NCBI RefSeq assembly: GCF_001677475.2
Contig: NZ_CP015229.1
DNA from: Escherichia coli
GTDB lineage: Bacteria > Pseudomonadota > Gammaproteobacteria > Enterobacterales > Enterobacteriaceae
Reading direction: 5' to 3' (one strand)
Length of the DNA: 64,000 nucleotides
Program-made: the position numbers and the translations under genes
In this document: piece after piece, positions 12,201 to 25,510 of the stretch
How positions within the stretch are numbered: the first letter of the stretch is position 1
Layout: the number at the start of each line of letters is the position of its first letter
The notes under the pieces: generated by a model
Database searches by the model: none
The model's input: only the letters and a program-made list of their open reading frames with translations
What the model was told of the DNA's origin: nothing

Positions 12201-13133
12201 CTACATAACCTGATAGCCTTCGTCGGGCTTGCCCAGCCGTTGCTGGCACCATGCCGCCAGAAATTCCACGCAGACACGTAATTTCATGCTGCGATAGAGC
12301 GGCTCCCGGTAAACAGCCCAGATATTGGCGCTTTGTGCATACTCCGGCAATACTCGCACCAGTTTGCCACTCTCCAGAAACGGCAACACATCCCACTCGG
12401 AACGCAACATAATCCCTTTGCCCTCCAGCGCCCATTGCAACACTATCTCGCCGCTATTGGAGGAAAGATGCCCGCTTACCTTCACCGATTTTTTCTCCTG
12501 ACCGTTCCCCAACTCCCATATTCCGTGAGTCATATCGCGCTCTTTGGTCACCAGACAATCATGACGACTTAATTCCTGTAAGGATTGTGGCTGCGGATAT
12601 TTTTGCAGATACTCAGGTGCTGCGCATAATATTCTTTTATTTTTCGTTAACAGATGCGCAATATAATAATCAGGAATTTCGTCATTAATACGAATATCCA
12701 GATCAATATTATCCTGCACTAAATCAATTTGCCGATCGAACAATTCAAAATGCACCTGTAACTCAGGATAATTGCGCATCAGTTCGGTAATGGCTGGCGC
12801 AATATGGCTGCGCCCAAAACCAAAACTGCAACCAATACGAATCATCCCCTCCGGGCGCGTTTTGATTTGCGTGACGTCATCGACCAGTCGCTGATATTGG
12901 GTGAGGATTTCCAACGCATGTTCGTAACAACGTTGGCCACTTTCAGTCAGCGCCACGCCGCGAGCGGATCGGTTCAGCAGCGTTGTTGCCAGCGTATTTT
13001 CAAGGATTTGGATCCGCTTGGTGACAAATGCAGGCGTCTGCCCAAGCGTCGCCGCTGCGGCGCTAAAACTCTCGCTGTGGACGATTTCTACCAGTACCTG
13101 CAAATCTTTGGCTAAAGGCCAGCTATTCAGCAT
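12201..13133 (-). CDS. ttdR: LysR-family transcriptional activator of the tartrate operon
   Basis: 310-aa ORF with N-terminal HTH and LysR substrate-binding domain; divergent from ttdA. Confidence 0.88.
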   Translation of the reverse strand: MLNSWPLAKDLQVLVEIVHSESFSAAAATLGQTPAFVTKRIQILENTLATTLLNRSARGVALTESGQRCYEHALEILTQYQRLVDDVTQIKTRPEGMIRIGCSFGFGRSHIAPAITELMRNYPELQVHFELFDRQIDLVQDNIDLDIRINDEIPDYYIAHLLTKNKRILCAAPEYLQKYPQPQSLQELSRHDCLVTKERDMTHGIWELGNGQEKKSVKVSGHLSSNSGEIVLQWALEGKGIMLRSEWDVLPFLESGKLVRVLPEYAQSANIWAVYREPLYRSMKLRVCVEFLAAWCQQRLGKPDEGYQVM

Positions 13134-13339
13134 CGTTAATTATCCGCAGTTGTGATAAGCGCAGTGTATTTCGCAAAACATTGCCATTCCCTGCTCTGGC
13201 GCAATATTCATTCTTATTTTCGCGTTGATTCACGAACTGTGAATTACATATTCACGGCGGCAAAAAATATAAAACCACATTTTTAGTGGTAGTTTGTGGC
13301 GGTGAATTTTTCCAGACAAATACATAAACTGGAGTTGCC

Positions 13340-14251
13340 ATGATGAGCGAAAGTAATAAGCAACAGGCAGTGAATAAGTTGACGGAGATTATCGCTAACT
13401 TTACCGCCATGATTTCTACCCGAATGCCCGATGACGTGGTGGACAAACTAAAACAGCTAAAGGATGCCGAAACGTCGTCGATGGGGAAAATCATCTACCA
13501 CACGATGTTCGACAACATGCAAAAAGCAATCGACCTGAATCGCCCGGCCTGCCAGGACACCGGCGAAATCATGTTTTTTGTTAAGGTCGGTTCCCGTTTC
13601 CCACTGCTTGGCGAGCTGCAAAGCATTCTTAAGCAAGCCGTGGAAGAGGCAACCGTCAAAGCGCCACTGCGTCACAATGCGGTAGAAATTTTTGACGAAG
13701 TGAACACCGGCAAAAATACCGGCAGCGGCGTACCGTGGGTCACCTGGGATATCGTCCCCGACGGTGACGATGCGGAAATCGAAGTTTACATGGCAGGCGG
13801 CGGCTGCACGTTGCCTGGTCGTTCGAAAGTGTTAATGCCGTCGGAAGGCTACGAAGGCGTAGTGAAATTCGTCTTCGAAAATATCTCCACCCTCGCCGTA
13901 AACGCCTGTCCACCGGTACTGGTAGGCGTGGGCATCGCCACCTCGGTGGAAACCGCCGCTGTGCTCTCACGTAAAGCCATTTTGCGCCCAATTGGCAGCC
14001 GCCACCCCAATCCGAAAGCGGCAGAGCTGGAGCTACGCCTGGAAGAAGGACTCAACCGTCTGGGGATTGGTCCACAAGGGCTGACTGGCAACAGTTCAGT
14101 GATGGGCGTACATATCGAATCTGCCGCCCGCCATCCGTCAACCATCGGCGTTGCTGTTTCTACAGGCTGCTGGGCGCATCGTCGCGGCACACTGCTGGTT
14201 CATGCCGATCTCACCTTTGAAAATCTGTCTCACACCCGGAGCGCGTTATGA
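13340..14251 (+). CDS. ttdA: L(+)-tartrate dehydratase alpha subunit
   Basis: 303-aa ORF, fumarate-hydratase class I N-terminal-like; overlaps ttdB start by 4 bp. Confidence 0.9.
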   Translation: MMSESNKQQAVNKLTEIIANFTAMISTRMPDDVVDKLKQLKDAETSSMGKIIYHTMFDNMQKAIDLNRPACQDTGEIMFFVKVGSRFPLLGELQSILKQAVEEATVKAPLRHNAVEIFDEVNTGKNTGSGVPWVTWDIVPDGDDAEIEVYMAGGGCTLPGRSKVLMPSEGYEGVVKFVFENISTLAVNACPPVLVGVGIATSVETAAVLSRKAILRPIGSRHPNPKAAELELRLEEGLNRLGIGPQGLTGNSSVMGVHIESAARHPSTIGVAVSTGCWAHRRGTLLVHADLTFENLSHTRSAL

Positions 14252-14853
14252 AAAAGATCCTGACAACCCCGATCAAAGCTGAAGATCTGCAAGATATTCG
14301 CGTCGGCGATGTGATCTACCTGACCGGTACGCTGGTGACCTGTCGTGACGTTTGTCACCGTCGCTTGATCGAACTGAAACGTCCGATCCCTTACGATCTC
14401 AACGGCAAAGCGATTTTCCACGCTGGCCCCATCGTGCGCAAAAACGGCGACAAATGGGAGATGGTATCCGTCGGTCCGACAACCAGTATGCGTATGGAAA
14501 GTTTTGAACGTGAATTTATCGAACAGACCGGCGTGAAACTGGTGGTCGGCAAAGGCGGAATGGGGCCGCTGACCGAAGAAGGCTGCCAGAATTTCAAGGC
14601 GCTGCATGTGATTTTCCCGGCAGGCTGCGCAGTACTGGCGGCAACCCAGGTGGAAGAGATTGAAGAAGTGCACTGGACAGAACTCGGGATGCCGGAGTCG
14701 CTGTGGGTCTGCCGGGTCAAAGAGTTCGGTCCGCTGATTGTTTCTATTGATACCCACGGCAACAACCTGATAGCCGAAAACAAAAAGCTGTTCGCCGAAC
14801 GCCGCGATCCCATCGTGGAAGAGATTTGCGAGCACGTCCACTACATCAAATAA
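14248..14853 (+). CDS. ttdB: L(+)-tartrate dehydratase beta subunit
   Basis: 201-aa ORF, ATGA overlap with ttdA stop. Confidence 0.9.
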   Translation: MKKILTTPIKAEDLQDIRVGDVIYLTGTLVTCRDVCHRRLIELKRPIPYDLNGKAIFHAGPIVRKNGDKWEMVSVGPTTSMRMESFEREFIEQTGVKLVVGKGGMGPLTEEGCQNFKALHVIFPAGCAVLAATQVEEIEEVHWTELGMPESLWVCRVKEFGPLIVSIDTHGNNLIAENKKLFAERRDPIVEEICEHVHYIK

Positions 14854-14901
14854 CCCTCCCGGAGAGGCTCACCCCCTCTCCTTTTTCGCAGGCATAACAC
14901 G

Positions 14902-16365
14902 ATGAAACCTTCCACTGAATGGTGGCGATACCTTGCGCCGCTGGCGGTCATCGCCATTATTGCTCTAATTCCGGTTCCCGCAGGGCTGGAGAGTCATACC
15001 TGGCTCTACTTTGCCGTTTTTACTGGCGTGATCGTTGGGCTGATCCTCGAACCCGTGCCGGGTGCCGTGGTGGCGATGGTGGGTATCTCCATTATCGCCA
15101 TTCTCTCGCCGTGGCTGCTGTTTAGCCCCGATCAACTCGCCCAGCCAGGCTTTAAGTTCACCGCCAAATCCCTCTCCTGGGCAGTTTCTGGTTTTTCTAA
15201 TTCGGTTATCTGGCTGATTTTCGCCGCCTTTATGTTTGGCACAGGCTATGAAAAAACCGGGCTGGGGCGACGTATCGCGCTGATTCTGGTGAAAAAGATG
15301 GGGCATCGCACGCTGTTTCTCGGCTATGCGGTGATGTTCTCCGAGCTGATCCTGGCACCTGTAACACCGTCCAACTCGGCGCGTGGTGCGGGAATTATCT
15401 ATCCCATCATCCGTAACCTGCCACCGCTCTATCAATCACAACCAAATGACAGCAGTTCACGCAGCATTGGCTCGTACATCATGTGGATGGGGATTGTTGC
15501 CGACTGCGTGACCAGCGCCATTTTCCTGACGGCGATGGCACCAAACTTGCTGTTAATTGGACTGATGAAAAGTGCATCTCACGCCACGCTGAGTTGGGGC
15601 GACTGGTTCCTCGGGATGTTGCCGCTCAGTATTTTACTGGTGCTGCTGGTTCCCTGGCTGGCTTACGTGCTGTACCCGCCGGTACTGAAGTCTGGCGATC
15701 AGGTGCCGCGCTGGGCAGAGACGGAACTGCAGGCAATGGGCCCGCTCTGTTCGCGTGAAAAACGGATGCTGGGGCTGATGGTAGGCGCGCTGGTGCTGTG
15801 GATTTTCGGCGGTGATTATATCGATGCCGCGATGGTCGGTTACAGCGTGGTGGCGCTGATGCTGCTTCTGCGCATTATCAGTTGGGACGACATTGTCAGT
15901 AATAAAGCGGCGTGGAACGTTTTCTTCTGGCTGGCCTCGCTTATCACCCTCGCTACCGGACTCAACAACACCGGTTTTATTAGCTGGTTTGGCAAACTGT
16001 TAGCAGGCAGCTTAAGCGGTTATTCGCCGACGATGGTGATGGTGGCGTTGATTGTGGTCTTTTATCTGCTGCGCTACTTTTTTGCCAGCGCCACGGCGTA
16101 TACCTCCGCCCTCGCACCGATGATGATTGCCGCTGCGCTGGCGATGCCGGAAATCCCGCTGCCGGTGTTCTGCCTGATGGTTGGTGCGGCAATTGGTCTG
16201 GGGAGCATTCTTACACCATATGCCACCGGCCCCAGTCCGATTTACTACGGCAGTGATTATCTGCCAACGGCGGATTACTGGCGACTGGGGGCGATTTTTG
16301 GGCTGATATTCCTCGTATTGCTGGTGATTACCGGCTTACTGTGGATGCCCGTGGTGTTGCTTTAA
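14902..16365 (+). CDS. ttdT: Tartrate/succinate antiporter (DASS family)
   Basis: 487-aa polytopic membrane protein downstream of ttdAB. Confidence 0.88.
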   Translation: MKPSTEWWRYLAPLAVIAIIALIPVPAGLESHTWLYFAVFTGVIVGLILEPVPGAVVAMVGISIIAILSPWLLFSPDQLAQPGFKFTAKSLSWAVSGFSNSVIWLIFAAFMFGTGYEKTGLGRRIALILVKKMGHRTLFLGYAVMFSELILAPVTPSNSARGAGIIYPIIRNLPPLYQSQPNDSSSRSIGSYIMWMGIVADCVTSAIFLTAMAPNLLLIGLMKSASHATLSWGDWFLGMLPLSILLVLLVPWLAYVLYPPVLKSGDQVPRWAETELQAMGPLCSREKRMLGLMVGALVLWIFGGDYIDAAMVGYSVVALMLLLRIISWDDIVSNKAAWNVFFWLASLITLATGLNNTGFISWFGKLLAGSLSGYSPTMVMVALIVVFYLLRYFFASATAYTSALAPMMIAAALAMPEIPLPVFCLMVGAAIGLGSILTPYATGPSPIYYGSDYLPTADYWRLGAIFGLIFLVLLVITGLLWMPVVLL

Positions 16366-16407
16366 GTAAGGACGGTGCCGGAAGTAACTCTCCGGCACCC
16401 GATAGTT

Positions 16408-17421
16408 TTACGCAGCCGGTAACTCCGCCAGCGGCCAGCGCGGACGCACGCTAACGCCGAGATCCGCCGTCGCGCCTGCTTTAAACCGCACCATTCCGGC
16501 ATAGGCGATCATCGCACCGTTATCGGTACAAAACTCCGGACGCGCGTAGAACACTTCGCCGCGGCGTTTTTTCATCATTTCAGCCAGCTTCGCCCGTAAC
16601 GTGCGGTTAGCACTCACGCCGCCTGCCATGACCAGTCGCTTAAAGCCAGTCTGATCCAGCGCTCGCTTACACTTAATCATCAACGTATCGACCACCGCAT
16701 CTTCAAAGGCACGGGCGATATCAGCACGCGTCTGGTCGTCGGTGCCGTTGTCACGAATGGTATTTGCCGCGAAGGTTTTCAGGCCGGAGAAGCTGAAATC
16801 CAGCCCCGGACGGTCGGTCATCGGACGCGGGAAGACAAAGCGCCCGGCAGTACCCTGAGCCGCCATTTTCGACAGCAGCGGCCCGCCTGGATAATCCAGC
16901 CCCAGCAGCTTCGCGGTTTTATCAAACGCTTCACCAGCGGCATCATCAATGGACTCGCCGAGCAGCTCATACTGACCAATGCCGGTAACGCTGATTAACT
17001 GCGTATGACCGCCGGAAACCAGCAGCGCGACAAACGGAAATTCCGGTGGGTTATCTTCCAGCATCGGCGCTAACAGATGCCCTTCCATATGGTGTACCGG
17101 GATTGCCGGAACGTCCCAGGCAAATGCCAGAGAACGCCCCACGGTCGCGCCAACCAACAGCGCGCCGACTAATCCAGGGCCTGCGGTATAGGTCACTGCG
17201 TCAATGTCTTTTGCCGTTAAACCAGACTCCTTTAGCGCCGCCTGGATCAACGGTACGGTTTTACGCACATGATCGCGGGAGGCCAGCTCAGGCACTACAC
17301 CGCCGTAGTCAGCGTGCAATTTCACCTGACTATACAATTGGTTGGCTAACAAACCTTTTTCATCGTCGTAAATGGCGATGCCGGTTTCATCGCAGGAAGT
17401 TTCAATACCCAGTACACGCAT
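16408..17421 (-). CDS. tsaD: tRNA N6-adenosine threonylcarbamoyltransferase
   Basis: 337-aa [17 protein letters not shown]... (Kae1/Gcp family); divergent from rpsU. Confidence 0.9.
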   Translation of the reverse strand: MRVLGIETSCDETGIAIYDDEKGLLANQLYSQVKLHADYGGVVPELASRDHVRKTVPLIQAALKESGLTAKDIDAVTYTAGPGLVGALLVGATVGRSLAFAWDVPAIPVHHMEGHLLAPMLEDNPPEFPFVALLVSGGHTQLISVTGIGQYELLGESIDDAAGEAFDKTAKLLGLDYPGGPLLSKMAAQGTAGRFVFPRPMTDRPGLDFSFSGLKTFAANTIRDNGTDDQTRADIARAFEDAVVDTLMIKCKRALDQTGFKRLVMAGGVSANRTLRAKLAEMMKKRRGEVFYARPEFCTDNGAMIAYAGMVRFKAGATADLGVSVRPRWPLAELPAA

Positions 17422-17619
17422 GACTTGTTTTACCTCGCTTTATTACCGCGCAGTGTAGGACCAATGCGGGTTGATGTAAAACTTTGTTCGCCCCTGGAGA
17501 AAGCCTCGTGTATACTCCTCACCCTTATAAAAGTCCCTTTCAAAAAAGGCCGCGGTGCTTTACAAAGCAGCAGCAATTGCAGTAAAATTCCGCACCATTT
17601 TGAAATAAGCTGGCGTTGA

Positions 17620-17874
<255 letters not shown>

Positions 17875-17984
17875 TTCCCCGAGAGCGTTGCTCTCCGATC
17901 AGACTGAGTTGTAGTTGTAAGGCCGTGCTTCCGAAAGGAATGCGCGGCTTATTTTCGTTTATGAATTGCTAAAAATCGGGGCCT

Positions 17985-19730
17985 ATGGCTGGACGAATCC
18001 CACGCGTATTCATTAATGATCTGCTGGCACGCACCGACATCGTCGATCTGATCGATGCCCGTGTGAAGCTGAAAAAGCAGGGCAAGAATTTCCACGCGTG
18101 TTGTCCATTCCACAACGAGAAAACCCCATCATTCACCGTTAACGGTGAGAAACAGTTTTACCACTGCTTTGGATGTGGCGCGCACGGCAACGCGATCGAC
18201 TTCCTGATGAACTACGACAAGCTTGAGTTCGTCGAAACGGTCGAAGAGCTGGCAGCAATGCACAATCTTGAAGTGCCATTTGAAGCAGGTAGCGGCCCCA
18301 GCCAGATCGAGCGCCATCAGCGGCAAACGCTTTATCAGTTGATGGACGGTCTGAATACGTTTTACCAACAATCTTTACAGCAACCTGTTGCCACGTCTGC
18401 GCGCCAGTATCTGGAAAAACGCGGATTAAGCCACGAGGTTATCGCCCGCTTTGCGATTGGTTTTGCCCCCCCTGGCTGGGACAACGTCCTGAAGCGGTTT
18501 GGCGGCAATCCAGAAAATCGCCAGTCATTGATTGATGCGGGCATGTTGGTCACTAACGATCAGGGGCGCAGTTACGACCGTTTCCGCGAGCGGGTGATGT
18601 TCCCCATTCGCGATAAACGCGGTCGGGTGATTGGTTTTGGCGGGCGTGTGCTGGGCAACGATACCCCCAAATACCTGAACTCGCCGGAAACAGACATTTT
18701 CCATAAAGGCCGCCAGCTTTACGGTCTTTATGAAGCGCAGCAGGATAACGCTGAACCCAATCGTCTGCTTGTGGTCGAAGGCTATATGGACGTGGTGGCG
18801 CTGGCGCAATACGGCATTAATTACGCCGTTGCGTCGTTAGGTACGTCAACCACCGCCGATCACATACAACTGTTGTTCCGCGCGACCAACAATGTCATTT
18901 GCTGTTATGACGGCGACCGTGCAGGCCGCGATGCCGCCTGGCGAGCGCTGGAAACGGCGCTGCCTTACATGACAGACGGTCGTCAGCTACGTTTTATGTT
19001 TTTGCCTGATGGCGAAGACCCTGACACGCTGGTACGAAAAGAAGGTAAAGAAGCGTTTGAAGCGCGGATGGAGCAGGCGATGCCACTCTCCGCATTTCTG
19101 TTTAACAGTCTGATGCCGCAAGTTGATCTGAGTACCCCTGACGGGCGCGCACGTTTAAGTACGCTGGCACTGCCATTGATATCGCAAGTGCCGGGCGAAA
19201 CGCTGCGAATATATCTTCGTCAGGAATTAGGCAACAAATTAGGCATACTTGATGACAGCCAGCTTGAACGATTAATGCCAAAAGCGGCAGAGAGCGGCGT
19301 TTCTCGCCCTGTTCCGCAGCTAAAACGCACGACCATGCGTATACTTATAGGGTTGCTGGTGCAAAATCCAGAATTAGCGACGTTGGTCCCGCCGCTTGAG
19401 AATCTGGATGAAAATAAGCTCCCTGGACTTGGCTTATTCAGAGAACTGGTCAACACTTGTCTCTCCCAGCCAGGTCTGACCACCGGGCAACTTTTAGAGC
19501 ACTATCGTGGTACAAATAATGCTGCCACCCTTGAAAAACTGTCGATGTGGGACGATATAGCAGATAAGAATATTGCTGAGCAAACCTTCACCGACTCACT
19601 CAACCATATGTTTGATTCGCTGCTTGAACTGCGCCAGGAAGAGTTAATCGCTCGTGAGCGCACGCATGGTTTAAGCAACGAAGAACGCCTGGAGCTCTGG
19701 ACATTAAACCAGGAGCTGGCGAAAAAGTGA
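17985..19730 (+). CDS. dnaG: DNA primase
   Basis: 581-aa ORF with zinc-ribbon (CPFHNEKTPSF...CFGCG), TOPRIM region and C-terminal DnaB-interaction domain. Confidence 0.95.
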   Translation: MAGRIPRVFINDLLARTDIVDLIDARVKLKKQGKNFHACCPFHNEKTPSFTVNGEKQFYHCFGCGAHGNAIDFLMNYDKLEFVETVEELAAMHNLEVPFEAGSGPSQIERHQRQTLYQLMDGLNTFYQQSLQQPVATSARQYLEKRGLSHEVIARFAIGFAPPGWDNVLKRFGGNPENRQSLIDAGMLVTNDQGRSYDRFRERVMFPIRDKRGRVIGFGGRVLGNDTPKYLNSPETDIFHKGRQLYGLYEAQQDNAEPNRLLVVEGYMDVVALAQYGINYAVASLGTSTTADHIQLLFRATNNVICCYDGDRAGRDAAWRALETALPYMTDGRQLRFMFLPDGEDPDTLVRKEGKEAFEARMEQAMPLSAFLFNSLMPQVDLSTPDGRARLSTLALPLISQVPGETLRIYLRQELGNKLGILDDSQLERLMPKAAESGVSRPVPQLKRTTMRILIGLLVQNPELATLVPPLENLDENKLPGLGLFRELVNTCLSQPGLTTGQLLEHYRGTNNAATLEKLSMWDDIADKNIAEQTFTDSLNHMFDSLLELRQEELIARERTHGLSNEERLELWTLNQELAKK

Positions 19731-19924
19731 TTTAACGGCTTAAGTGCCGAAGAGCGATCGGGAAGCCCCCGACAGCCGCACTGAGAGGCAGCGGCAAATA
19801 TATAAGTACGCCCTCGTAATTATCGTTGGCGGTAAACAACCGTTGGATTTCAGCGTTAACGGCTGAAGGACATCGGGTCAATCGCCCAACACCAACCTCA
19901 TGAAATAAGTGTGGATACCGTCTT

Positions 19925-21766
<1,842 letters not shown>

Positions 21767-21844
21767 TCGGTAGGCCGGATCAGGTGTTACGCCGCACCCG
21801 GCACTAGTCCCTCCGCACAAACGCTACCTTTTCGGTGGCGTTTT

Positions 21845-22351
21845 TTATCGCCCACGCACTACCAGCGCCTGGTCCAGCTCGCGATACGCTTCAACCAGTT
21901 TCTCCAGTGAAACGCGACTTAAACCGCTGGGATTTGGCAGCACCCAAATCTGCGTCGAACCAATGGTGAGCGTTTGTTTCCCCCACTGTGCACCGCGCTG
22001 GCTGAATCCCTGTTCATATGCTTGTTTGCCCAGAATCGCCAACGCCTGCGGCTGATAATCTTCAATTTTTTCAATCAGCTTACGCCCGCCTGCGTGTAGT
22101 TCTTGCTTTGAAACTTCATTGGCTTGCACCGTTGGACGGTCTACCAGTTTGGTGACGCCACAACGATAATCCAGCAGATGCTGTGCCTCCTGCGGCTTCA
22201 ACTGACGGTCGGTAAACCCGGCCTGATATATCACCTTCCAGAAGCGATTTGCCGGATGAGCAAAGGGAAAACCAGTCCCGGCGGATGAAAGCCCAGGGTT
22301 GATACCGCAAAACACGACCCGTAACCCTGGAGCCAAAATATCCTCAACCAT
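21845..22351 (-). CDS. mug: G/U mismatch-specific uracil DNA glycosylase
   Basis: 168-aa [23 protein letters not shown]... Confidence 0.9.
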
Positions 22352-22475
22352 ATTTACTCCTTTCTAACATCACCAGGAAAAGTATAACGAATTGAAAATA
22401 CATTGTTTATAAAAACAGCAGGCGCGCGGTAATGGCTGGATTGCGACACGGAGTTACTTTATAATCCGCTACCAT

Positions 22476-22551
22476 GGCCCCTTAGCTCAGTGGTTAGAGC
22501 AGGCGACTCATAATCGCTTGGTCGCTGGTTCAAGTCCAGCAGGGGCCACCA
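22476..22551 (+). tRNA. ileX: tRNA-Ile (anticodon CAU, lysidine-modified)
   Basis: 76-nt sequence ggccccttagctcagtggttagagcaggcgactCATaatcgc...gggccacca folds as a canonical cloverleaf with CAT anticodon and encoded CCA; its 3' 46 nt are repeated at 36093-36141. Confidence 0.92.
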
Positions 22552-22554
22552 GAT
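22506..22554 (+). repeat. attL core (3' part of ileX plus 3 nt)
   Basis: Exact 49-bp identity with 36093-36141, read directly from the sequence. Confidence 0.85.
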
Positions 22555-22593
22555 TTCAATGAATTACAGATGTATCCAAACTATCTTGCTTTA

Positions 22594-22627
22594 CCAGGAT
22601 ACTTATAGGATACCTCTGAGAAGTATT
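22594..22627 (+). promoter_or_regulatory. Arm-type repeat near attL (AGGATAC motifs; candidate integrase/accessory-factor binding site)
   Basis: ccaggatacttataggatacctctgagaagtatt closely matches 35964-35997 near attR (29 of 34 positions). Confidence 0.45.
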
Positions 22628-22765
22628 AACAAGTAAGAATTGGCTCATGCCTACAGAACAGTTGGGTCGTAGCAGCCGTTCACCTGCGAACAAGAAAGTG
22701 CTACGGGTCTGAACTTTTGCCCCCAACTCTCCAAGAGACCGGCAAAAACCCTGACGGAGGTATCA

Positions 22766-22909
22766 ATGGATACTTTAAGAAAGGGCTCAGACCTGCTGTC
22801 TGCACGTGTGATTGCCGTTACAGGTTTAATCGCAGCACTTGGCAATTTAGGTCTATGCCCAATAGCCGTAGTGCTAGTATGTATAGCTTTAGTTATCATG
22901 CTGAAGTAA
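22766..22909 (+). CDS. 47-aa small hydrophobic membrane peptide (MDTLRKGSDLLSARVIAVTGLIAALGNLGLCPIAVVLVCIALVIMLK)
   Basis: Strong SD (ggagg) 6 nt upstream of ATG; followed by hairpin gcccagctttcgctgggc; a single predicted TM helix. Too short to be in the ORF track. Confidence 0.5.
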   Translation: MDTLRKGSDLLSARVIAVTGLIAALGNLGLCPIAVVLVCIALVIMLK

Positions 22910-23356
22910 TGACAGCGTAACAAGCTCGGCCCAGCTTTCGCTGGGCCTCCCATTTCTACCTCCCAAAATCTATTAGAAACAATAAGCCACTAAAGAAAGA
23001 GCTTTTGCTGGCTACAATACTCACATACAAACAATTTTTATTTTTCGCGGGCGTAAAAAAACGATGGGGCTGGCAGTCCGGAAGACGTCAGGGTACAGAG
23101 ATTTGTACCCGCCTCTCCCTGTGCATGAGCACAATAAGTAACCGAAGGCGGAATTCCGCCCTCGGTACTCACATATGAGAAACGATATTTCTTCCACCGA
23201 TACCCTTTATTTGGGTATCGCGAGTAAGCCCCAAAATCTGGGTGTTACTCTTACTACCCAAACTACGGGTAGTTTCCGTAGTTTCATGGTCGAGTTGCAG
23301 ATCTGCAACTCACCCACCAGCCAACGCAATTTTGCGTTATCGGGAATATCAGCAAG

Positions 23357-23641
23357 TTACCGCCGCAGTCGTTCCGGCTTCTTCCACTGGTAAGTATTTT
23401 TCGCGCTCTCCCTCCGTTGTTGAGAACGGCGACGGTATGCCAGCAACTCAAGGACTCTGATCCGTATGTCGCGCATATCCACGCCGTTAAGCTCGATACC
23501 GTCACGGCGCATCATCTCTGCCACCACACGCGCGTAATTTTCGGCTATCACGCTGTCCGGCTGCGTGGCCTCCTATTTGCTTGATGGTTGTTTGATTCCG
23601 GTAACGCGGCGGATTAATCCCAGCAATTCAGATTCTGTCAT
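23357..23641 (-). pseudogene. Amber-interrupted ORF downstream of terS (remnant of a packaging-module gene)
   Basis: MTESELLGLIRRVTGIKQPSSK, then in-frame TAG, then the 64-aa ORF 23357..23551 in the same frame; start overlaps terS stop. Confidence 0.35.
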
Positions 23642-23652
23642 AGTGCGCTACG

Positions 23653-23973
23653 TTACTTGTCTTTATTCGGCTGCAACTTATCCGGCACATTTCCGGTAGT
23701 TTCCATCAGGTAATCAGCCAGTATCTGTGGGAGGTTGTCGGCAACTCTGGCACTGGCATTACAGGCTTTAACCACTTCCCTTTTAAGCCCATCCAGCATA
23801 GCGGGGGTAATGTGTGGGAAGCTCCTTTGCATAGTAAGCGGGAGGCTGTCCATGATTGATGAAATCTGACTCGCCAGTTTTGAAAGCGCGTACATGCAAA
23901 ACTCTGTATCAATCACGTCACCGCGATCGCGCTCGTTTTTAAGTTCCTGCGCCTCCGCCTGTGCTGTCAGTAA
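23653..23973 (-). pseudogene. Small terminase subunit (lambda Nu1-like), C-terminal fragment separated from its N-terminus by the IS insertion
   Basis: Translation ...AQAEAQELKNERDRGDVIDTEFCMYALSKLASQISSIMDSLPLTMQRSFP... parallels lambda Nu1 C-terminal region (...AQADAQELKNARD...ETAFCTFVLSRIAGEIASILDGLPLSVQRRFP...) from memory. Confidence 0.7.
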
Positions 23974-24085
23974 TCTGATCCTGACTCGTAAGTATGAGAC
24001 GACAATAACTCAGTCCGCCTGGCGCCGATTATTCTGGCCGGTTTTGTAACCTGAGTGTCATTTACATGATCCAACAGGAAATGGC

Positions 24086-25465
24086 GTGACGCTCAATACT
24101 TCTCAGGTCAGTTACTATATGACTCAGCGTAAGAAAGGTATAACTCAGCATATCTCGGCCATGAAGGCTGGTATCTCAGTCCGTTCTGGTCGTCGGATCG
24201 AAAAAGGAGAGTGGGCAAAAAACAGTGTTCGGCACTGGCGCACACGCAAAGATCCTCTGGAAGCTGTGTGGGACAGCATGCTTGTTCCTCTGTTGAAAGA
24301 GAGGCCGGCTCTGACACCAACAACTCTACTGGAGATGCTACAGGATAAATATCCCGGCCAGTACCCCAACAGCCTTCGAAGAACAATGCAACGGCGGGTT
24401 CGCGAATGGAAACTACAGTATGGTACAGAGCAGGAGGTCATGTTCCGCCAGCAACATCAGCCCGGCCTGCGAGGCCTGTCGGACTTTACTGAACTGAAAG
24501 GTGTAGTTGTCACCATCGCCGGTAAGTTGTTGGCGCATAAGTTGTATCACTTCCGTCTGGAATGGAGCCACTGGAGCTGGATGCGGGTTGTTCTGGGTGG
24601 TGAGAGCTTCTCTGCTCTGGCTGAAGGCCTGCAGGAAGCCCTCGGACAACTGGGCGGAGTGCCGGTAGAACATAAAACGGACAGCCTGAGGGCAGCATGG
24701 AAACAACAGGGCGAAGATGGACGCCGCGAGCTGACTGAGCGTTATGCTACTCTCTGTCAGCACTACGGAATGCAGGGCGTACACAATAATGCCGGTCGGG
24801 GCCACGAAAATGGCTCGGTTGAAAGTGCCCACGGACATCTGAAAAGGCGTATCTGTCAGGCGCTGATACTGCGGGGCAGTAACGACTTCAGCACCATAGA
24901 AGAATATCAGGCCTTCATCACTCAGCAGGTTATGCGGCACAACCGTAACAATCAGGATCTGGTCAAGGAAGAACGTCTTCATCTGAAACCGCTGCCGCTT
25001 CGTCGCAGTGCTGACTATGATGAGCTGACTGTGAGGGTTAGTCGCAGCAGTACCATCAATGTGAAGCACGTCGTCTACAGCGTACCTTCCCGGCTTGTAG
25101 GTCAACTGTTACGGGTCAGGTTATGGGACGATCGTCTGAGCTGTTACGTTGGCAGCAGCGAGGTCATGAGCTGCCCTCGCGTCAGACCAGAAAAAGGGAA
25201 GACGCGGGCCCGTCGTATCGACTTCCGACATGTGATCGACAGTCTGGCAAAAAAGCCCGGTGCGTTCTGCCATGCAACGCTGAGAAATGACATCCTGCCG
25301 GACGATGAATGGCGGAGGCTGTGGCGTCGCTTATGTAATCATCTGGAGCCCGATATGGCAGGAAGGCTGATGGTACATGCCGGGAAACGTGGATCTGCAC
25401 CGGCTGATGCGCTTCCTGGGTATAAAAGAAAAGGCGTTGCCGGTAGTCAATGTGATACAGCATAA
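24086..25465 (+). CDS. istA: IS21-family transposase IstA
   Basis: 459-aa ORF (GTG start) with N-terminal HTH and DDE-type catalytic region; sits immediately upstream of an IstB-like gene. Confidence 0.8.
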   Translation: MTLNTSQVSYYMTQRKKGITQHISAMKAGISVRSGRRIEKGEWAKNSVRHWRTRKDPLEAVWDSMLVPLLKERPALTPTTLLEMLQDKYPGQYPNSLRRTMQRRVREWKLQYGTEQEVMFRQQHQPGLRGLSDFTELKGVVVTIAGKLLAHKLYHFRLEWSHWSWMRVVLGGESFSALAEGLQEALGQLGGVPVEHKTDSLRAAWKQQGEDGRRELTERYATLCQHYGMQGVHNNAGRGHENGSVESAHGHLKRRICQALILRGSNDFSTIEEYQAFITQQVMRHNRNNQDLVKEERLHLKPLPLRRSADYDELTVRVSRSSTINVKHVVYSVPSRLVGQLLRVRLWDDRLSCYVGSSEVMSCPRVRPEKGKTRARRIDFRHVIDSLAKKPGAFCHATLRNDILPDDEWRRLWRRLCNHLEPDMAGRLMVHAGKRGSAPADALPGYKRKGVAGSQCDTA

Positions 25466-25510
25466 CCTGAGCAGTTATGAGCAACTACTGCGTGGCAAGG
25501 GAGGTTCGCA

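Noticed and set aside
22651-22953. 100-aa minus-strand ORF and 67-aa plus-strand ORF near attL
   Set aside because: Both overlap the better-supported 47-aa peptide gene (SD plus terminator) and have implausible composition.
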